A DNA stretch of 64,000 nucleotides from a virus (IMGVR_UViG_3300005590_000001:96001-160000), one strand, 5' to 3'. Counted from the first letter of the stretch, positions 51,242 to 61,420 are shown. The notes: a model not told the origin generated them from the sequence alone. Numbers and translations are program-made.

Positions 51242-51550
51242 TTATTCCACGTCAAATCTAAAAATATGTGGAGGATCAGGTGTCGGTTCTTTTGCTGGTT
51301 TAACCTCCCTTAATTCATCAGTCAACATTACACCCATTTGTTTGCCATCTTGAGTTTTAATTGCCGCATTTGTTGGCAACTTAACTTTTGGTGGTTTATC
51401 TGGTTCTACCAATGGCGCCATTTCTGTAACTAAATCACGCACTACATTAACACGTAGATTCATTAATTTAGATAATTCGGCCGGATCTGTAGTCAGGTGA
51501 TGCAGTACAAAAAATTTATCAGCTTCATTAACTTCAGTTCGTTTCGCCAT
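51242..51550 (-). CDS. Hypothetical protein (HTH-like N-terminus)
   Basis: PAELSKLMNLRVNVV. Confidence 0.45.
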   Translation of the reverse strand: MAKRTEVNEADKFFVLHHLTTDPAELSKLMNLRVNVVRDLVTEMAPLVEPDKPPKVKLPTNAAIKTQDGKQMGVMLTDELREVKPAKEPTPDPPHIFRFDVE

Positions 51551-51879
51551 TAAATTAAACCTTTCATATTCACAATTCTTGTTAAGTCTAGTAAAATATT
51601 CTTATTATCTGAAGAACAGTATCTATGATACATATTAAAAAGATTTTCATCTACCTTAATAAATCGGCCTTCAGATCTAGCCTTAATATCTTTATCAACT
51701 GGCTTACCATTTAAAACTCTAATATAGTATTCAGCTGGTTTATTTGAAAAAGTAACACTCTTAGATAAGTGTTTATCATCTTTTGTAACTTCTTCTGCCG
51801 ACATACCAAAATATTTAACTTCAGAAGTCAAAGCTTTATTAGTTACTAAAATACCTTCTTGATTTAACGGTATTTGCAT
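51550..51879 (-). CDS. Hypothetical protein
   Basis: Coupled ORF. Confidence 0.55.
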   Translation of the reverse strand: MQIPLNQEGILVTNKALTSEVKYFGMSAEEVTKDDKHLSKSVTFSNKPAEYYIRVLNGKPVDKDIKARSEGRFIKVDENLFNMYHRYCSSDNKNILLDLTRIVNMKGLI

Positions 51880-52070
51880 TCTATCATATCCTCATCAACA
51901 AATTCAAAATAAAATTGATCATTACTTGCAATCTTTAATGTGCCGATGTAATCTACAAAATTAATTTTATTACATGTACACTTTACTCGAAACGAATTTA
52001 CTTCGCCTTCTGCATTATCTGCAATTGCACAAAGTTCATTGTTACATTGTTCACAAACTACTAAGGGCAT
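51864..52070 (-). CDS. Small Zn-ribbon protein
   Basis: CEQC...CTC. Confidence 0.55.
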   Translation of the reverse strand: MPLVVCEQCNNELCAIADNAEGEVNSFRVKCTCNKINFVDYIGTLKIASNDQFYFEFVDEDMIECKYR

Positions 52071-52257
52071 CTAATTTTTCCTTTAGTTTTTCTATACATT
52101 CTTCTAAATTGCGACCTTTGATTGTGGTAACTTTATTTTTGATACCTAAGTCTTGTATCTGACGCCTACCTAAGGGCTGGCCTAATTCCCCCGTTGGACT
52201 TACGGGATGAAGGAAAACATTAAAGTGAATTACTGCTGTGTGTGGACTTTCCGACAT
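52051..52257 (-). CDS. Small hypothetical protein
   Basis: Coupled ORF. Confidence 0.5.
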   Translation of the reverse strand: MSESPHTAVIHFNVFLHPVSPTGELGQPLGRRQIQDLGIKNKVTTIKGRNLEECIEKLKEKLDALSSL

Positions 52258-52586
52258 TACATTTTCCCCGTCATAATATAACGCTCTTTTTGTTCCGCGG
52301 TCATATTATTAATTTTTTTCATTTTAGCAGCTTGCTCTGATTTCTTATTAAATTCAGATTCAGATCCCATAAGTTTTTCTCTTGTAAGAGGATTACGGCG
52401 ATTATTTCGTTCCATCATCGTACCTACTGTACGAGGATCTGCTAATTTAGAAACGGCCGGAAGTCCAATAATTCTTTCTACTGGAGCATCACACTCTGGA
52501 CAATATTCATACATTTCATCGTGATTTTGTGTTGCTTCAAATAACCCACAATTTACACATTCATATTCTTTAATGACTAAGCTCAT
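52257..52586 (-). CDS. FmdB-like Zn-ribbon protein
   Basis: YECVNCG.FE......CPEC...ERII. Confidence 0.75.
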   Translation of the reverse strand: MSLVIKEYECVNCGLFEATQNHDEMYEYCPECDAPVERIIGLPAVSKLADPRTVGTMMERNNRRNPLTREKLMGSESEFNKKSEQAAKMKKINNMTAEQKERYIMTGKM

Positions 52587-52989
52587 ATTTTATATTACCA
52601 ATAATCAATGATTGAATTGTTCTATGATCCACCAAACGTGTTTTATTTTTTCCGGCAATATCAAAATCTTCCACATAAGATCTACCCAAAAGTGGTTCTG
52701 AGCTTAATAATCTTCCGCGCAATTTACGTTGTCTTTTATCTGACTTAAGGAAAACAACTGTAAATGGATCATTTTTTGCGCTTACCAATTTTTCTGCCAT
52801 TTGTGTTTTTGTTAATTTTTCTGTTTTAGAAAAAGCATCTGCCGATTTAAGATCGTCTAACAAATCTTGACCATTAATATAAAACTCTGTATTATCTTTA
52901 ACGTCTACGACGCCGATACGTGTATCTGACAATACATCTTTAATTTTACAATATCGTGTTATTGATACAACTTCCCCAGCATTCATCAA
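52570..52989 (-). CDS. Hypothetical, SH3/WYL-like C-terminus
   Basis: FTVVFLK...RKLRG...RLVDHRTI. Confidence 0.45.
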   Translation of the reverse strand: MMNAGEVVSITRYCKIKDVLSDTRIGVVDVKDNTEFYINGQDLLDDLKSADAFSKTEKLTKTQMAEKLVSAKNDPFTVVFLKSDKRQRKLRGRLLSSEPLLGRSYVEDFDIAGKNKTRLVDHRTIQSLIIGNIKYELSH

Positions 52990-53357
52990 AACTTATACCT
53001 CTTTTCTTTTTCCTTTGTAATTTGTTCGAGTGAACCGCATGCTCGGTTAATGCAGTAATCACCTTTTCCTATCTGAACCATATGAGTGCCATATTCAGCT
53101 GCGCGTTCAGCAGCATCTTTAGGCGCATCCAAATTTATCATTTTGCCGTATCGTTCTTTTAGCCTGCTTGGATCTACCCCGCGAATATCATTCCAAAGAA
53201 TTTCTATTTGCTGATACGACTTACCAAATTCCCTAGCATATCTTGGTAGATGATTCTTATCTGTGCCTATAATCTCAGAAAAATCGATGCTATTTAATAT
53301 TGCACATAATTGTCCGTAATCATCAAAATTTCTTTCTAGTGAAACTACTAATCTCAT
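52986..53357 (-). CDS. Hypothetical, possibly degenerate SLOG/DUF2493-like
   Basis: RNFDDY...YAREFG...W pattern. Confidence 0.35.
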   Translation of the reverse strand: MRLVVSLERNFDDYGQLCAILNSIDFSEIIGTDKNHLPRYAREFGKSYQQIEILWNDIRGVDPSRLKERYGKMINLDAPKDAAERAAEYGTHMVQIGKGDYCINRACGSLEQITKEKEKRYKF

Positions 53358-53987
53358 TTATAACTCCAATGCTCTTAATATTTTGGCAATTTTAGGATGT
53401 CTCTGAATATCGCCGGTAGTTAACTTAACAATGCTGACCAAATCAGGCCAAGGTTGTAATTTATAAATCAAATGTGATAAGCCGTCATCGTAATCAATGT
53501 CTTTTTGGTTTGTGTCACCGTTAAAAACCATTTTACAGTTTTCACCCAATCTTGTAATTGCCATTATGGCTTGCTCAATGGTTGAATTTTGCATTTCAGA
53601 AAACACCACAAATGAATCGTGAAAAGTAAAACCCCTCATTAATTCAAGTGGTATAAATGAAATAATTTCATGTTTCATCATTTCATCAATTTCACGTTTA
53701 TTTTTAACAATAAGTTCCAGATTTTGCATCACTGGCTGAAAATATGGTTTACACTTTTCACTTAAATCACCTTTCAACCAAGGAAAGTCTCTGTAGGATG
53801 ATGCAATCATCGGTTTTGTTACTATTAATTTTTTAGTAGGTTTGTCAGATCTGCTGATCCATTCAAGAGCTAAACCTAAAGGAATGAAATCTTTACCTGT
53901 TCCAGATGGTCCGGTGCATAAAGTTACATCGTCTTCTACAATTGAATGAATATATTTCGATTGATTTTGTGTTTTTGCTTGTATCAT
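53358..53987 (-). CDS. phoH: PhoH-like ATPase
   Basis: KTQNQ..Y, GPSGTGK, L.G...EK..P, MRG.TF, E.QN, TRLG, GD..Q.D, DIQRH. Confidence 0.9.
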   Translation of the reverse strand: MIQAKTQNQSKYIHSIVEDDVTLCTGPSGTGKDFIPLGLALEWISRSDKPTKKLIVTKPMIASSYRDFPWLKGDLSEKCKPYFQPVMQNLELIVKNKREIDEMMKHEIISFIPLELMRGFTFHDSFVVFSEMQNSTIEQAIMAITRLGENCKMVFNGDTNQKDIDYDDGLSHLIYKLQPWPDLVSIVKLTTGDIQRHPKIAKILRALEL

Positions 53988-54973
53988 ATGAATAGATTGT
54001 CTAAATTAATTTTATTATCTTCTTTATTTTTTTGTTGACCCATATTAAATGGATCATAAATAATTTTTAAACCTTGAATATTTTTGCAGTTATTTTCTGT
54101 TTCTAAAAATCTATTAAATAATTCTGTTAAAATTTCCTTTTCTTCTATAGAGGCATCATTAAGTTTATTGTCTTTAATCATTCTATCAAATGATTGTAAA
54201 TAATTTAAAAATGTATTGTATCTTCTTTGCATATAATAACTACCCTTTTTGGTAGCTTCTTTAACAAAGTTGTCTAGTAGTGGGTGTTTGGATGCGTGAA
54301 TTTCTCTACCAAATAGACCATAAATACACCCTTGTATGTAAGAAAATTTTGACCAATTTTTGGATAGCATTGTTGTCGCTCCCAACTTATTGATGTTAGC
54401 ATCCGGCGATGCTAATTGAGAAATGCATTCAATGATTTCTGATTTTGTAATTTCTTCTTGTATATCGTGAATATTGTTATTGATAAAATCTGGATTGATT
54501 AATGGTATATCATTTTGTAAAGCTTCTATAAATTTTGCTTTATAACCATCACAATGACTAACACTGACATCATGATAATTATAATAAACATAAATGCCTC
54601 TTGTTGTATAAATTTTTTCTTTACCATTAATATTAACAATTTTTAATGATGTACCTTGATTACTTCCTATAATAGCATCAGCACGTTCTGGTTTAATTGT
54701 GATTTTAACGCCTAACTGCCTTTTTAAGTAAGATCTTGGCATTTTAGTACCGGGCACAACATATACTGTTTTATTTTGTATATCTGCTTCTTTGTATTTA
54801 GGTTGTATACAATTAATATAATATTCAGATTTGCTTGGCTTAATATAAAGATACAGGTCACCACGATATCTAGATTGGTTCTTTGAACAATGATATAAGG
54901 TCCATCCATCTTTTAATATATCGGATCGTTCTTTGTAAAAATATGTTACTTCATAAGTCTTAACCTTTTTCAT
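53984..54973 (-). CDS. Hypothetical protein, paralogue of 54970-56007 (BRCT-like segment)
   Basis: KITIKPERADAII and EEITKSE...QLASPDANINKLG. Confidence 0.6.
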   Translation of the reverse strand: MKKVKTYEVTYFYKERSDILKDGWTLYHCSKNQSRYRGDLYLYIKPSKSEYYINCIQPKYKEADIQNKTVYVVPGTKMPRSYLKRQLGVKITIKPERADAIIGSNQGTSLKIVNINGKEKIYTTRGIYVYYNYHDVSVSHCDGYKAKFIEALQNDIPLINPDFINNNIHDIQEEITKSEIIECISQLASPDANINKLGATTMLSKNWSKFSYIQGCIYGLFGREIHASKHPLLDNFVKEATKKGSYYMQRRYNTFLNYLQSFDRMIKDNKLNDASIEEKEILTELFNRFLETENNCKNIQGLKIIYDPFNMGQQKNKEDNKINLDNLFI

Positions 54974-56007
54974 AAAACAAACCTTTCTATAGATTCATTA
55001 TCATTTTTTTCAGGATTTTTAATTTCTGGAATAGTAAAAGTAAAATAGGGGTTATGATGATAATTATCATATATCATTTTTAGCCAAACTTCTATTTGTT
55101 TTTTATCTTCATTAGATGGATGGTGGCCAATGATAGCATCAATATAATTAATAAAACCTTGCAAGTTTGTTTTAGGATTTATATTAATATTATGATTTTG
55201 CATATATTTGTTTAATAAGAATTGTTCTCTTTCTTCTTTCCTGCTAGCTTTACGAAGCGATAAAAAGCCTTTTGTATAGTGACAATAAAAAGAAGATAAT
55301 AATGATACTAAAACTGGATATTTAGTAAAATCTCTTGCAAGAATAATACTTTTTGCCAATGATGCTAAATTATTATCTTCTGATAACAATTGTTTCATAA
55401 TATCATATAGTTCGCTTTCAGTAATTGGCTCATATGGAACTATTTTATAAATATAATCATCTGTTAGTACTTTTAATTTATATTCAGAAATGATATTCCG
55501 CACATTTGTATTACATCTAAAAATATTTTTCTTTTCAAATAATAGATCTAAATCTTGATGTAGCGGACCATTTTGATGATAATATTTATCATTAGCATAA
55601 AATACTTTAGACAACTTACCCTGCGTTATAACTACATCTGCTTTTTCAGGCTTAATAACAACTTTAGCTTTTGGGAACATCCTTCTAAAAAATGCTCTTT
55701 CAATAATTGAATTTGTTTCAAAGAAAACATTTACGCCATCCAAATTAGATACTTGATTAATTTCATTTTCTTCTAAGACAAAAGCTTTTTCAGGATTATC
55801 AAAATTTGCTACAAATTGATAAATCAAAGCGTTATCATTTTGTTGATCATGTGTAAACACATTATGTTTCCATATACCAACTCTTCCACGTGGAGTACTT
55901 TTGGTACTTGTAAATTTAGATGCAATAGTGCCATAAATATCTTTTAAAAGATCCGGATGAACTGAAATTCTTTTGACAGTAAGTGAGTATAAATCTATTT
56001 CTTTCAT
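54970..56007 (-). CDS. Hypothetical protein, paralogue of 53984-54973
   Basis: KVVIKPEKADVVI and EPITESE...QLLSEDNNLASLA. Confidence 0.6.
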   Translation of the reverse strand: MKEIDLYSLTVKRISVHPDLLKDIYGTIASKFTSTKSTPRGRVGIWKHNVFTHDQQNDNALIYQFVANFDNPEKAFVLEENEINQVSNLDGVNVFFETNSIIERAFFRRMFPKAKVVIKPEKADVVITQGKLSKVFYANDKYYHQNGPLHQDLDLLFEKKNIFRCNTNVRNIISEYKLKVLTDDYIYKIVPYEPITESELYDIMKQLLSEDNNLASLAKSIILARDFTKYPVLVSLLSSFYCHYTKGFLSLRKASRKEEREQFLLNKYMQNHNININPKTNLQGFINYIDAIIGHHPSNEDKKQIEVWLKMIYDNYHHNPYFTFTIPEIKNPEKNDNESIERFVL

Positions 56008-57155
56008 CTCGCCGCAACTTTCTGTACTGCCCTATTTTCTAATAGAGGAGTAAAAATTTTCTGTGAATTTAACATTTTAACAAAATTAAAATTGATATCT
56101 CCGCTGAAAGCTTCTTTAGTGATAATTTCAATCAATACCTTTTCTATATTATCTGGAAGTTTACGCTTATTACGTAAAAATTCTGTGGTATAATTAAAAA
56201 TACGGATACTCAAAATATTAGCAAGATCTTGTCGATATTCGGCACTATTAACTGTCCCGCATACACCTCGGAGAATCTTCACTGCTTCTTCTGGTTTACT
56301 ATCTATAATTTTAGCCGGTGATGGTAATCTGTCAAGTTTATTTTCAATAAATGTAACAAACATTTGAGCAAATTCATCACCAACTGATCCACTACCGAGA
56401 TGATTAATTAAGTACCGAGCTTTTCTATTCGAAAAATCATCTAAAGATGAGATAGAATTAAAAAAGTCGGTTGCTAACCGTGCGTTAGTTTGACCCTTAA
56501 TCAACTCAGGATTAAGAATTAAGAAGTTGATACAACGACCATCAATACCTTCTTTTTCGGCCCACTGAGCCCAATCTTTAATGTCAAATTTTAGCTGGAC
56601 TTTAATAAATCGAGTCTGCTGTGCCGTATCTAATTCAGTAACAAAATAATCACCATCTGCAGGATTAGTAGTAATAAAAATATGCCAGTCAGACGGCAAT
56701 TTCCATCCTAAGTTTTCCTGTTTGTCTACTAATTCCATACAGGCTTGCATGATATGCTGCGGAGCACGTGTGTAATCGTCAAGTAGTAGAATACCGCCAG
56801 TTGCATCATCTGGTACCCAGTGAGGTCTACAGTACGTTGTTTTGGTTCTACCCGTAAGATCTGGTTTTTCTAGTAAACTTTCTAGATGTTTCTCATTAAT
56901 CCATGTTCCATCGCGAACTTCAAATTCACGAATAGGGAAACCAGAAATTTCTCCAGCATCATCAACTTGAGCTAGATTAATTTTTGCAAATGCTAAACCA
57001 TTTGCTTCTGCTACCTGTTCAACAATTGAAGTTTTACCAATTCCGGCTGGACCTTCAATAAGAATAGTGTTCTTTTTCTTTGCTTGCTTTTCTAAAAACC
57101 GATTGTTATCCACAATGTGTTGGATAATATTTGAAAGATCAGTCGCCTTTAACAT
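56004..57155 (-). CDS. MoxR-type AAA+ ATPase
   Basis: GPAGIGKT, LLLDDYTRA, TTNP, LD.AQ.TRF, NAR. Confidence 0.85.
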   Translation of the reverse strand: MLKATDLSNIIQHIVDNNRFLEKQAKKKNTILIEGPAGIGKTSIVEQVAEANGLAFAKINLAQVDDAGEISGFPIREFEVRDGTWINEKHLESLLEKPDLTGRTKTTYCRPHWVPDDATGGILLLDDYTRAPQHIMQACMELVDKQENLGWKLPSDWHIFITTNPADGDYFVTELDTAQQTRFIKVQLKFDIKDWAQWAEKEGIDGRCINFLILNPELIKGQTNARLATDFFNSISSLDDFSNRKARYLINHLGSGSVGDEFAQMFVTFIENKLDRLPSPAKIIDSKPEEAVKILRGVCGTVNSAEYRQDLANILSIRIFNYTTEFLRNKRKLPDNIEKVLIEIITKEAFSGDINFNFVKMLNSQKIFTPLLENRAVQKVAAR

Positions 57156-58320
57156 TTTGCATTTTCACCTTTCTGCCTTTAAAACCGAAATTAGTAGTAC
57201 CATTACTACTAATAATCCATAAAACTGGTTTCTTTTCTATTCCTGTTGGCTGATCAAAGATTCCGCCGTCTGTAAAATAGATTAGTCCATTAAATTTTTT
57301 ATTCTTATTGTAATATTCCATTACTGGTCCAGCTAATGTTCCACCGCCACCGGTAATTTTTGTATCAATTTTTCTCTTATCAAATTCATATACCCGACCG
57401 ACTTTCGCGTCGCATTCAATAATATGCACTTCAGATCCACTATCTGCAATCTTAATAATTTCATTAAAGAAATCATTCAGTTCTGAAGAACTTACAGACC
57501 CACTAGTATCGATAGCTACTAATAAAGCCTTGTTAAATCTAACTCTATTACCTGCACTATCAGGAAATTTAATATTAAGTTTACGCCGACTCTTCTTTAG
57601 ATAAATTTTATCACAGTAAGCTTTGAATTGTCTAGCAACTTCTCTCCAATTAACTACTGGTTTTTTCTTTTTGTAGATATTTAAGATAAAATCGCGTAAA
57701 TAACCGGGAACTCTACCTGCGTCTTTTTTCAGAGCTTCTTCAAATACAGACTTAACCTGATGCTCAACTTGCTTTTCAATATATTCGCGGTCTTCTTCTG
57801 GGTAATCTTCCCATACATGAGACCATCTAAATTTTTTACCAGCATCCATTGCATCACAAATCTGATTTAGTAATGATGAGGAGCCAGATTGTTTAGCTTG
57901 TTGTAATAGTTCGTAGTACGTTCTGGTATCGGCGAATAATGGAAGGTTTAACTCCGGAAATAAATCAGGTAGCATAATACCTTCTGGTCGCCGTTCTTTT
58001 GGAATATACTGATTGATATGTAAATCGGCCGCGATATTAAATAAGTTTAAATTAGCATAATCCTTCCATTGTAAATTATGGAAGTTGATGATATGCATGA
58101 GTTCATGCTGCATAACTCCTATTTGATTATCGTAATTTAAAGACTCCATATATTCTTCATTAAACATCATTTCTGGGTTAATATTATTCAATGTTACGCA
58201 TGCTGTTGGACATTTTTGTTTGTCATTGATTAATGATTTACTTACACCCAAAGAGAAGTAACCATAAAATGGTTCGTGTATAATTAAATCTCTTGCTATT
58301 TCATCTAATTCAACACTCAT
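57139..58320 (-). CDS. HExxH metallopeptidase plus VWA domain protein (DUF2201-like)
   Basis: PTACV, HELMH, NIAAD..IN, DTSGS, GGGGT, FTDG. Confidence 0.88.
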   Translation of the reverse strand: MSVELDEIARDLIIHEPFYGYFSLGVSKSLINDKQKCPTACVTLNNINPEMMFNEEYMESLNYDNQIGVMQHELMHIINFHNLQWKDYANLNLFNIAADLHINQYIPKERRPEGIMLPDLFPELNLPLFADTRTYYELLQQAKQSGSSSLLNQICDAMDAGKKFRWSHVWEDYPEEDREYIEKQVEHQVKSVFEEALKKDAGRVPGYLRDFILNIYKKKKPVVNWREVARQFKAYCDKIYLKKSRRKLNIKFPDSAGNRVRFNKALLVAIDTSGSVSSSELNDFFNEIIKIADSGSEVHIIECDAKVGRVYEFDKRKIDTKITGGGGTLAGPVMEYYNKNKKFNGLIYFTDGGIFDQPTGIEKKPVLWIISSNGTTNFGFKGRKVKMQNVKGD

Positions 58321-59405
58321 TCATAATCCCTAACTGTAATTAAAACTGGAAATCTAGGTACTGGTTGTTCCGAAGTTGTTTTCTCAAAGTAACGTACCGT
58401 GGCAAATTTGCCAATAATATTATCGGCATCTTCTAAATATTTGCTGCGTTTTTCCTCGTTGCCTTTAGGCGTGGCTTCAAATTCATAACCTTCAACTGTT
58501 TTTAATTGGAAGGTTGGAATATTAGCAAATTTACCCTTACCTGTTTTATATCCTATAATTTCATATTCTTCGTCGATGAAATCTTTCTTCTTCTGCAAAT
58601 TGTAGCTACGCTTATTTATCTCATATCCCTTATCTTCCATATTACGTAACATACTTCCTTCATAACCCGCAAGTAAAAATTCTGCATGAAGCTTATTTAC
58701 ATCAAGTGTGTCAAGAGTTTTATATTGAGGTACGGAAACCAAAGGATTGTCAACCGTATTACAAATATCAATATATTTTTGACATCTATCCCAAAACCTA
58801 TCTTCTGAAACAATATCAAAAACATGATACTCTAATTGGCCCTCATCTGGATGTTTGGTTTTGGATTTTCTAATAATAGAAGTTAATTCTTGAAATGAGG
58901 TTCCGTGCTTATATAGTTCTCCATCTAAGATAATATCGCCGTCAATTTGCTGAATTGCTTTTTTAATATGATCTAAGAATGGAAATTCTTTACTTTGTCG
59001 AGAAAGAAGCTTTACTTCGTTACCCCTTTTGACAGCTAGGCAACGTATACCATCTAATTTAGGAGAGATGAGGCAAGGGAAATTAATCTTGTGAGCGTGT
59101 TTACTATAAGATTGTGCTAGCATTGGACGTAAGGGCTTTTCTTTCGGCACTTTTTCACTATATCCCTTGCGGTCTCGTTGTTTTAACCATAAAGCTTGAG
59201 CTTCTTGTTCGCATTGTTCTTCGGGGGTCGTTTCATTCATACGACCAATGTTTTTACCTTCATTGACAAAAACTTTAGCTTCTTGCATTTTACCGTCAGT
59301 TACCCCGTGAGTAACTTCATAAAACGGCACGTCTTTAACTTTTCCGGTCCTGATCTTCCACTCTCGAATTTTCCCGTTGGAGTCCATTTTGTATAGTGTC
59401 TTCAC
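58317..59405 (-). CDS. ATP-dependent DNA ligase
   Basis: PMLA, PKLDGIR, DGELY, FD, EGSM, K.K, PRFP. Confidence 0.92.
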   Translation of the reverse strand: MKTLYKMDSNGKIREWKIRTGKVKDVPFYEVTHGVTDGKMQEAKVFVNEGKNIGRMNETTPEEQCEQEAQALWLKQRDRKGYSEKVPKEKPLRPMLAQSYSKHAHKINFPCLISPKLDGIRCLAVKRGNEVKLLSRQSKEFPFLDHIKKAIQQIDGDIILDGELYKHGTSFQELTSIIRKSKTKHPDEGQLEYHVFDIVSEDRFWDRCQKYIDICNTVDNPLVSVPQYKTLDTLDVNKLHAEFLLAGYEGSMLRNMEDKGYEINKRSYNLQKKKDFIDEEYEIIGYKTGKGKFANIPTFQLKTVEGYEFEATPKGNEEKRSKYLEDADNIIGKFATVRYFEKTTSEQPVPRFPVLITVRDYE

Positions 59406-60222
59406 TTACATTACCTTTCAACCATTTAACTGATTTTAAATATAAACTTCTTGAACAATTACGCCCGCCAAAATGGGCAATACAAGGACTAAATGATCTG
59501 TTATTCCAATGCCCACCTTTGTAAAAGAAAATCTTTTCATTTTCTATATCTACTACTGGAAATAGTGCGTCCCAAATACCTATGCTAGAATTAGATGCCA
59601 TATTATCTAAATCAAGTATATTATATGCTAACGCAAAAACTAATTCATCTCTAACTGGTCTGCCATTAAAAATCTTATGTAGCTCATGAAAAAGTTTATC
59701 TACAACCTTGAACCATTTTGTAGACATTGGTTCATTGTTATCCCAGATAAAAAATCCGCCGTTTAATGGTTTCAATTTAAATAGGGGATACTTTGCAAAT
59801 TTATCCCTCAATTCGTGTGTTTGAAAAGGTTTAGGACATCCCCACATTGAATTTTCTTTCAATGGATCTGCCATCGGTGTGTGTATTCCATTTGGAATTA
59901 CAGGATCAAAAATATATTTTGGATCTTTTATAACTAAGGAATCAGCATCAACATACGCGGCTTTATCATATTCCTGCATATAATCTTTAACAAATTTTTT
60001 ATATTCCCAATATTTTTCTGGAGTCTCCAAGTTAACTGTTTTAATATTTGCAATGTTGTGATTGTCGGCAAATAATGAGAAATCTTTTTTGTCTTTATCA
60101 ATATCGGCCCATAATAATACAGTTGGATACCCAAACCGTTTTGCCGAAAGAGCAAAATTTTGTGCTAATTTAAGATATTTATCACCAATAGCAATAGTAA
60201 TAAATCCACACTTATCTACCAT
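59335..60222 (-). CDS. GT-A fold glycosyltransferase-like protein
   Basis: YVDADS (DxD), NGGFF, RDE, HF. Confidence 0.65.
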   Translation of the reverse strand: MVDKCGFITIAIGDKYLKLAQNFALSAKRFGYPTVLLWADIDKDKKDFSLFADNHNIANIKTVNLETPEKYWEYKKFVKDYMQEYDKAAYVDADSLVIKDPKYIFDPVIPNGIHTPMADPLKENSMWGCPKPFQTHELRDKFAKYPLFKLKPLNGGFFIWDNNEPMSTKWFKVVDKLFHELHKIFNGRPVRDELVFALAYNILDLDNMASNSSIGIWDALFPVVDIENEKIFFYKGGHWNNRSFSPCIAHFGGRNCSRSLYLKSVKWLKGNVSEDTIQNGLQRENSRVEDQDRKS

Positions 60223-60830
60223 TCTAAAAATTCCCGTACAGCTTCAATGTGAACATAAAGACATCCAGCAGCACCATCTTTAGCAGTTTGGACACCCACC
60301 AAAACATTTTTCTGTACCAAAGGTCCGCCACTTACTCCTTGCAAACACGGTCCTTTAGTTCTTAATAGTTTAGAGCCATCTAAAGAATATTTAATTTGAT
60401 CACTCTCCAACATAATATATGTGTTGTTCTCTAAGTATTTCGTGGTAAATCCGTAAACTTTGGCCATCTCGCCGTACACCACTCCCTTACCTAATTTTAC
60501 GATGTCTGCGTTTAGCTCGGGTAAATTTGGAACGCGTAGAAGCATTAAGTCTTTGACTTCATCCCTTAATATAATTTCTGCTTCACAACGTAAACGAATT
60601 TTTCGATCTGCAGAAATAAATTCTACGCCGAGAGGTATATCGTGTTTCTTTTCAAACATAACATGATTGCATGTAAGAATAAAATAATGCTGTTCAGTTT
60701 CTTTAATCACTGAACCACTTAAATATGCTCCCATTTCTGGTCCAGTATCCACTTTAACCACATTTAAATAATCTCTACCAAATACCGGCAAAGCAAGAGT
60801 GAAAATTAGTAATAATGCAAAAAGTCTCAT
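60216..60830 (-). CDS. Trypsin-like serine protease with signal peptide
   Basis: LTCNHV (His), DLMLL (Asp), GVSGGP (Ser); MRLFALLLIFTLALPVFG leader. Confidence 0.85.
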   Translation of the reverse strand: MRLFALLLIFTLALPVFGRDYLNVVKVDTGPEMGAYLSGSVIKETEQHYFILTCNHVMFEKKHDIPLGVEFISADRKIRLRCEAEIILRDEVKDLMLLRVPNLPELNADIVKLGKGVVYGEMAKVYGFTTKYLENNTYIMLESDQIKYSLDGSKLLRTKGPCLQGVSGGPLVQKNVLVGVQTAKDGAAGCLYVHIEAVREFLEW

Positions 60831-61420
60831 TTTGTAAGTTCCTTAATAGCAATTTGTGACCAAGATTCATATTCGTCAATATGATCTAGTAAAAATTGTT
60901 TATCTACAAATTCAATATCTAACATATCTTCTTCATTTGCTTGTACATCAGTTGTAGCTATATCAAATAAATGGATTACGCCTAGGTGTACCTTGCCGAC
61001 GTCATTACTATCATCATTGATAAATCCAATTAATTTTGTATCATTAATCATTTCATTATCAAAATTGACCTCTTCAGCAATTTCTCTTGTCATTCCGCGT
61101 ATAAAATCTGGCTCCTCACCCGATTGATCTTCAGTGGAAATATGACCGCCGATTCCTAAAGATCGTTTTGCGTGTAATCTAGATTCACCTTGACCTGTTC
61201 CCCTTTTGTAAGTTAAGAATTTATCTCCGCATTTAAACAAGCAATATGGAATAAGTTGTTTGAAGGTGGGATCGTTTTCCATTTCAGGTCTAGATTTATA
61301 ACTTGTTTTTGGGTGTTTATCCACCAGCGGTAAATATTTTTCTGCATCATTAGAAAATCCTTGAAAGTATCCAAGGTTATGGAATTCTTCAGTTGGAACT
61401 ACGAGTACTTGTTCAGTCAT
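60827..61420 (-). CDS. NUDIX-family phosphoesterase
   Basis: E.DP.FKQLIPY, E.RLH...SLGIGGH, REIAEE, GFINDD..VG.VHLG, ESWS. Confidence 0.85.
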   Translation of the reverse strand: MTEQVLVVPTEEFHNLGYFQGFSNDAEKYLPLVDKHPKTSYKSRPEMENDPTFKQLIPYCLFKCGDKFLTYKRGTGQGESRLHAKRSLGIGGHISTEDQSGEEPDFIRGMTREIAEEVNFDNEMINDTKLIGFINDDSNDVGKVHLGVIHLFDIATTDVQANEEDMLDIEFVDKQFLLDHIDEYESWSQIAIKELTK

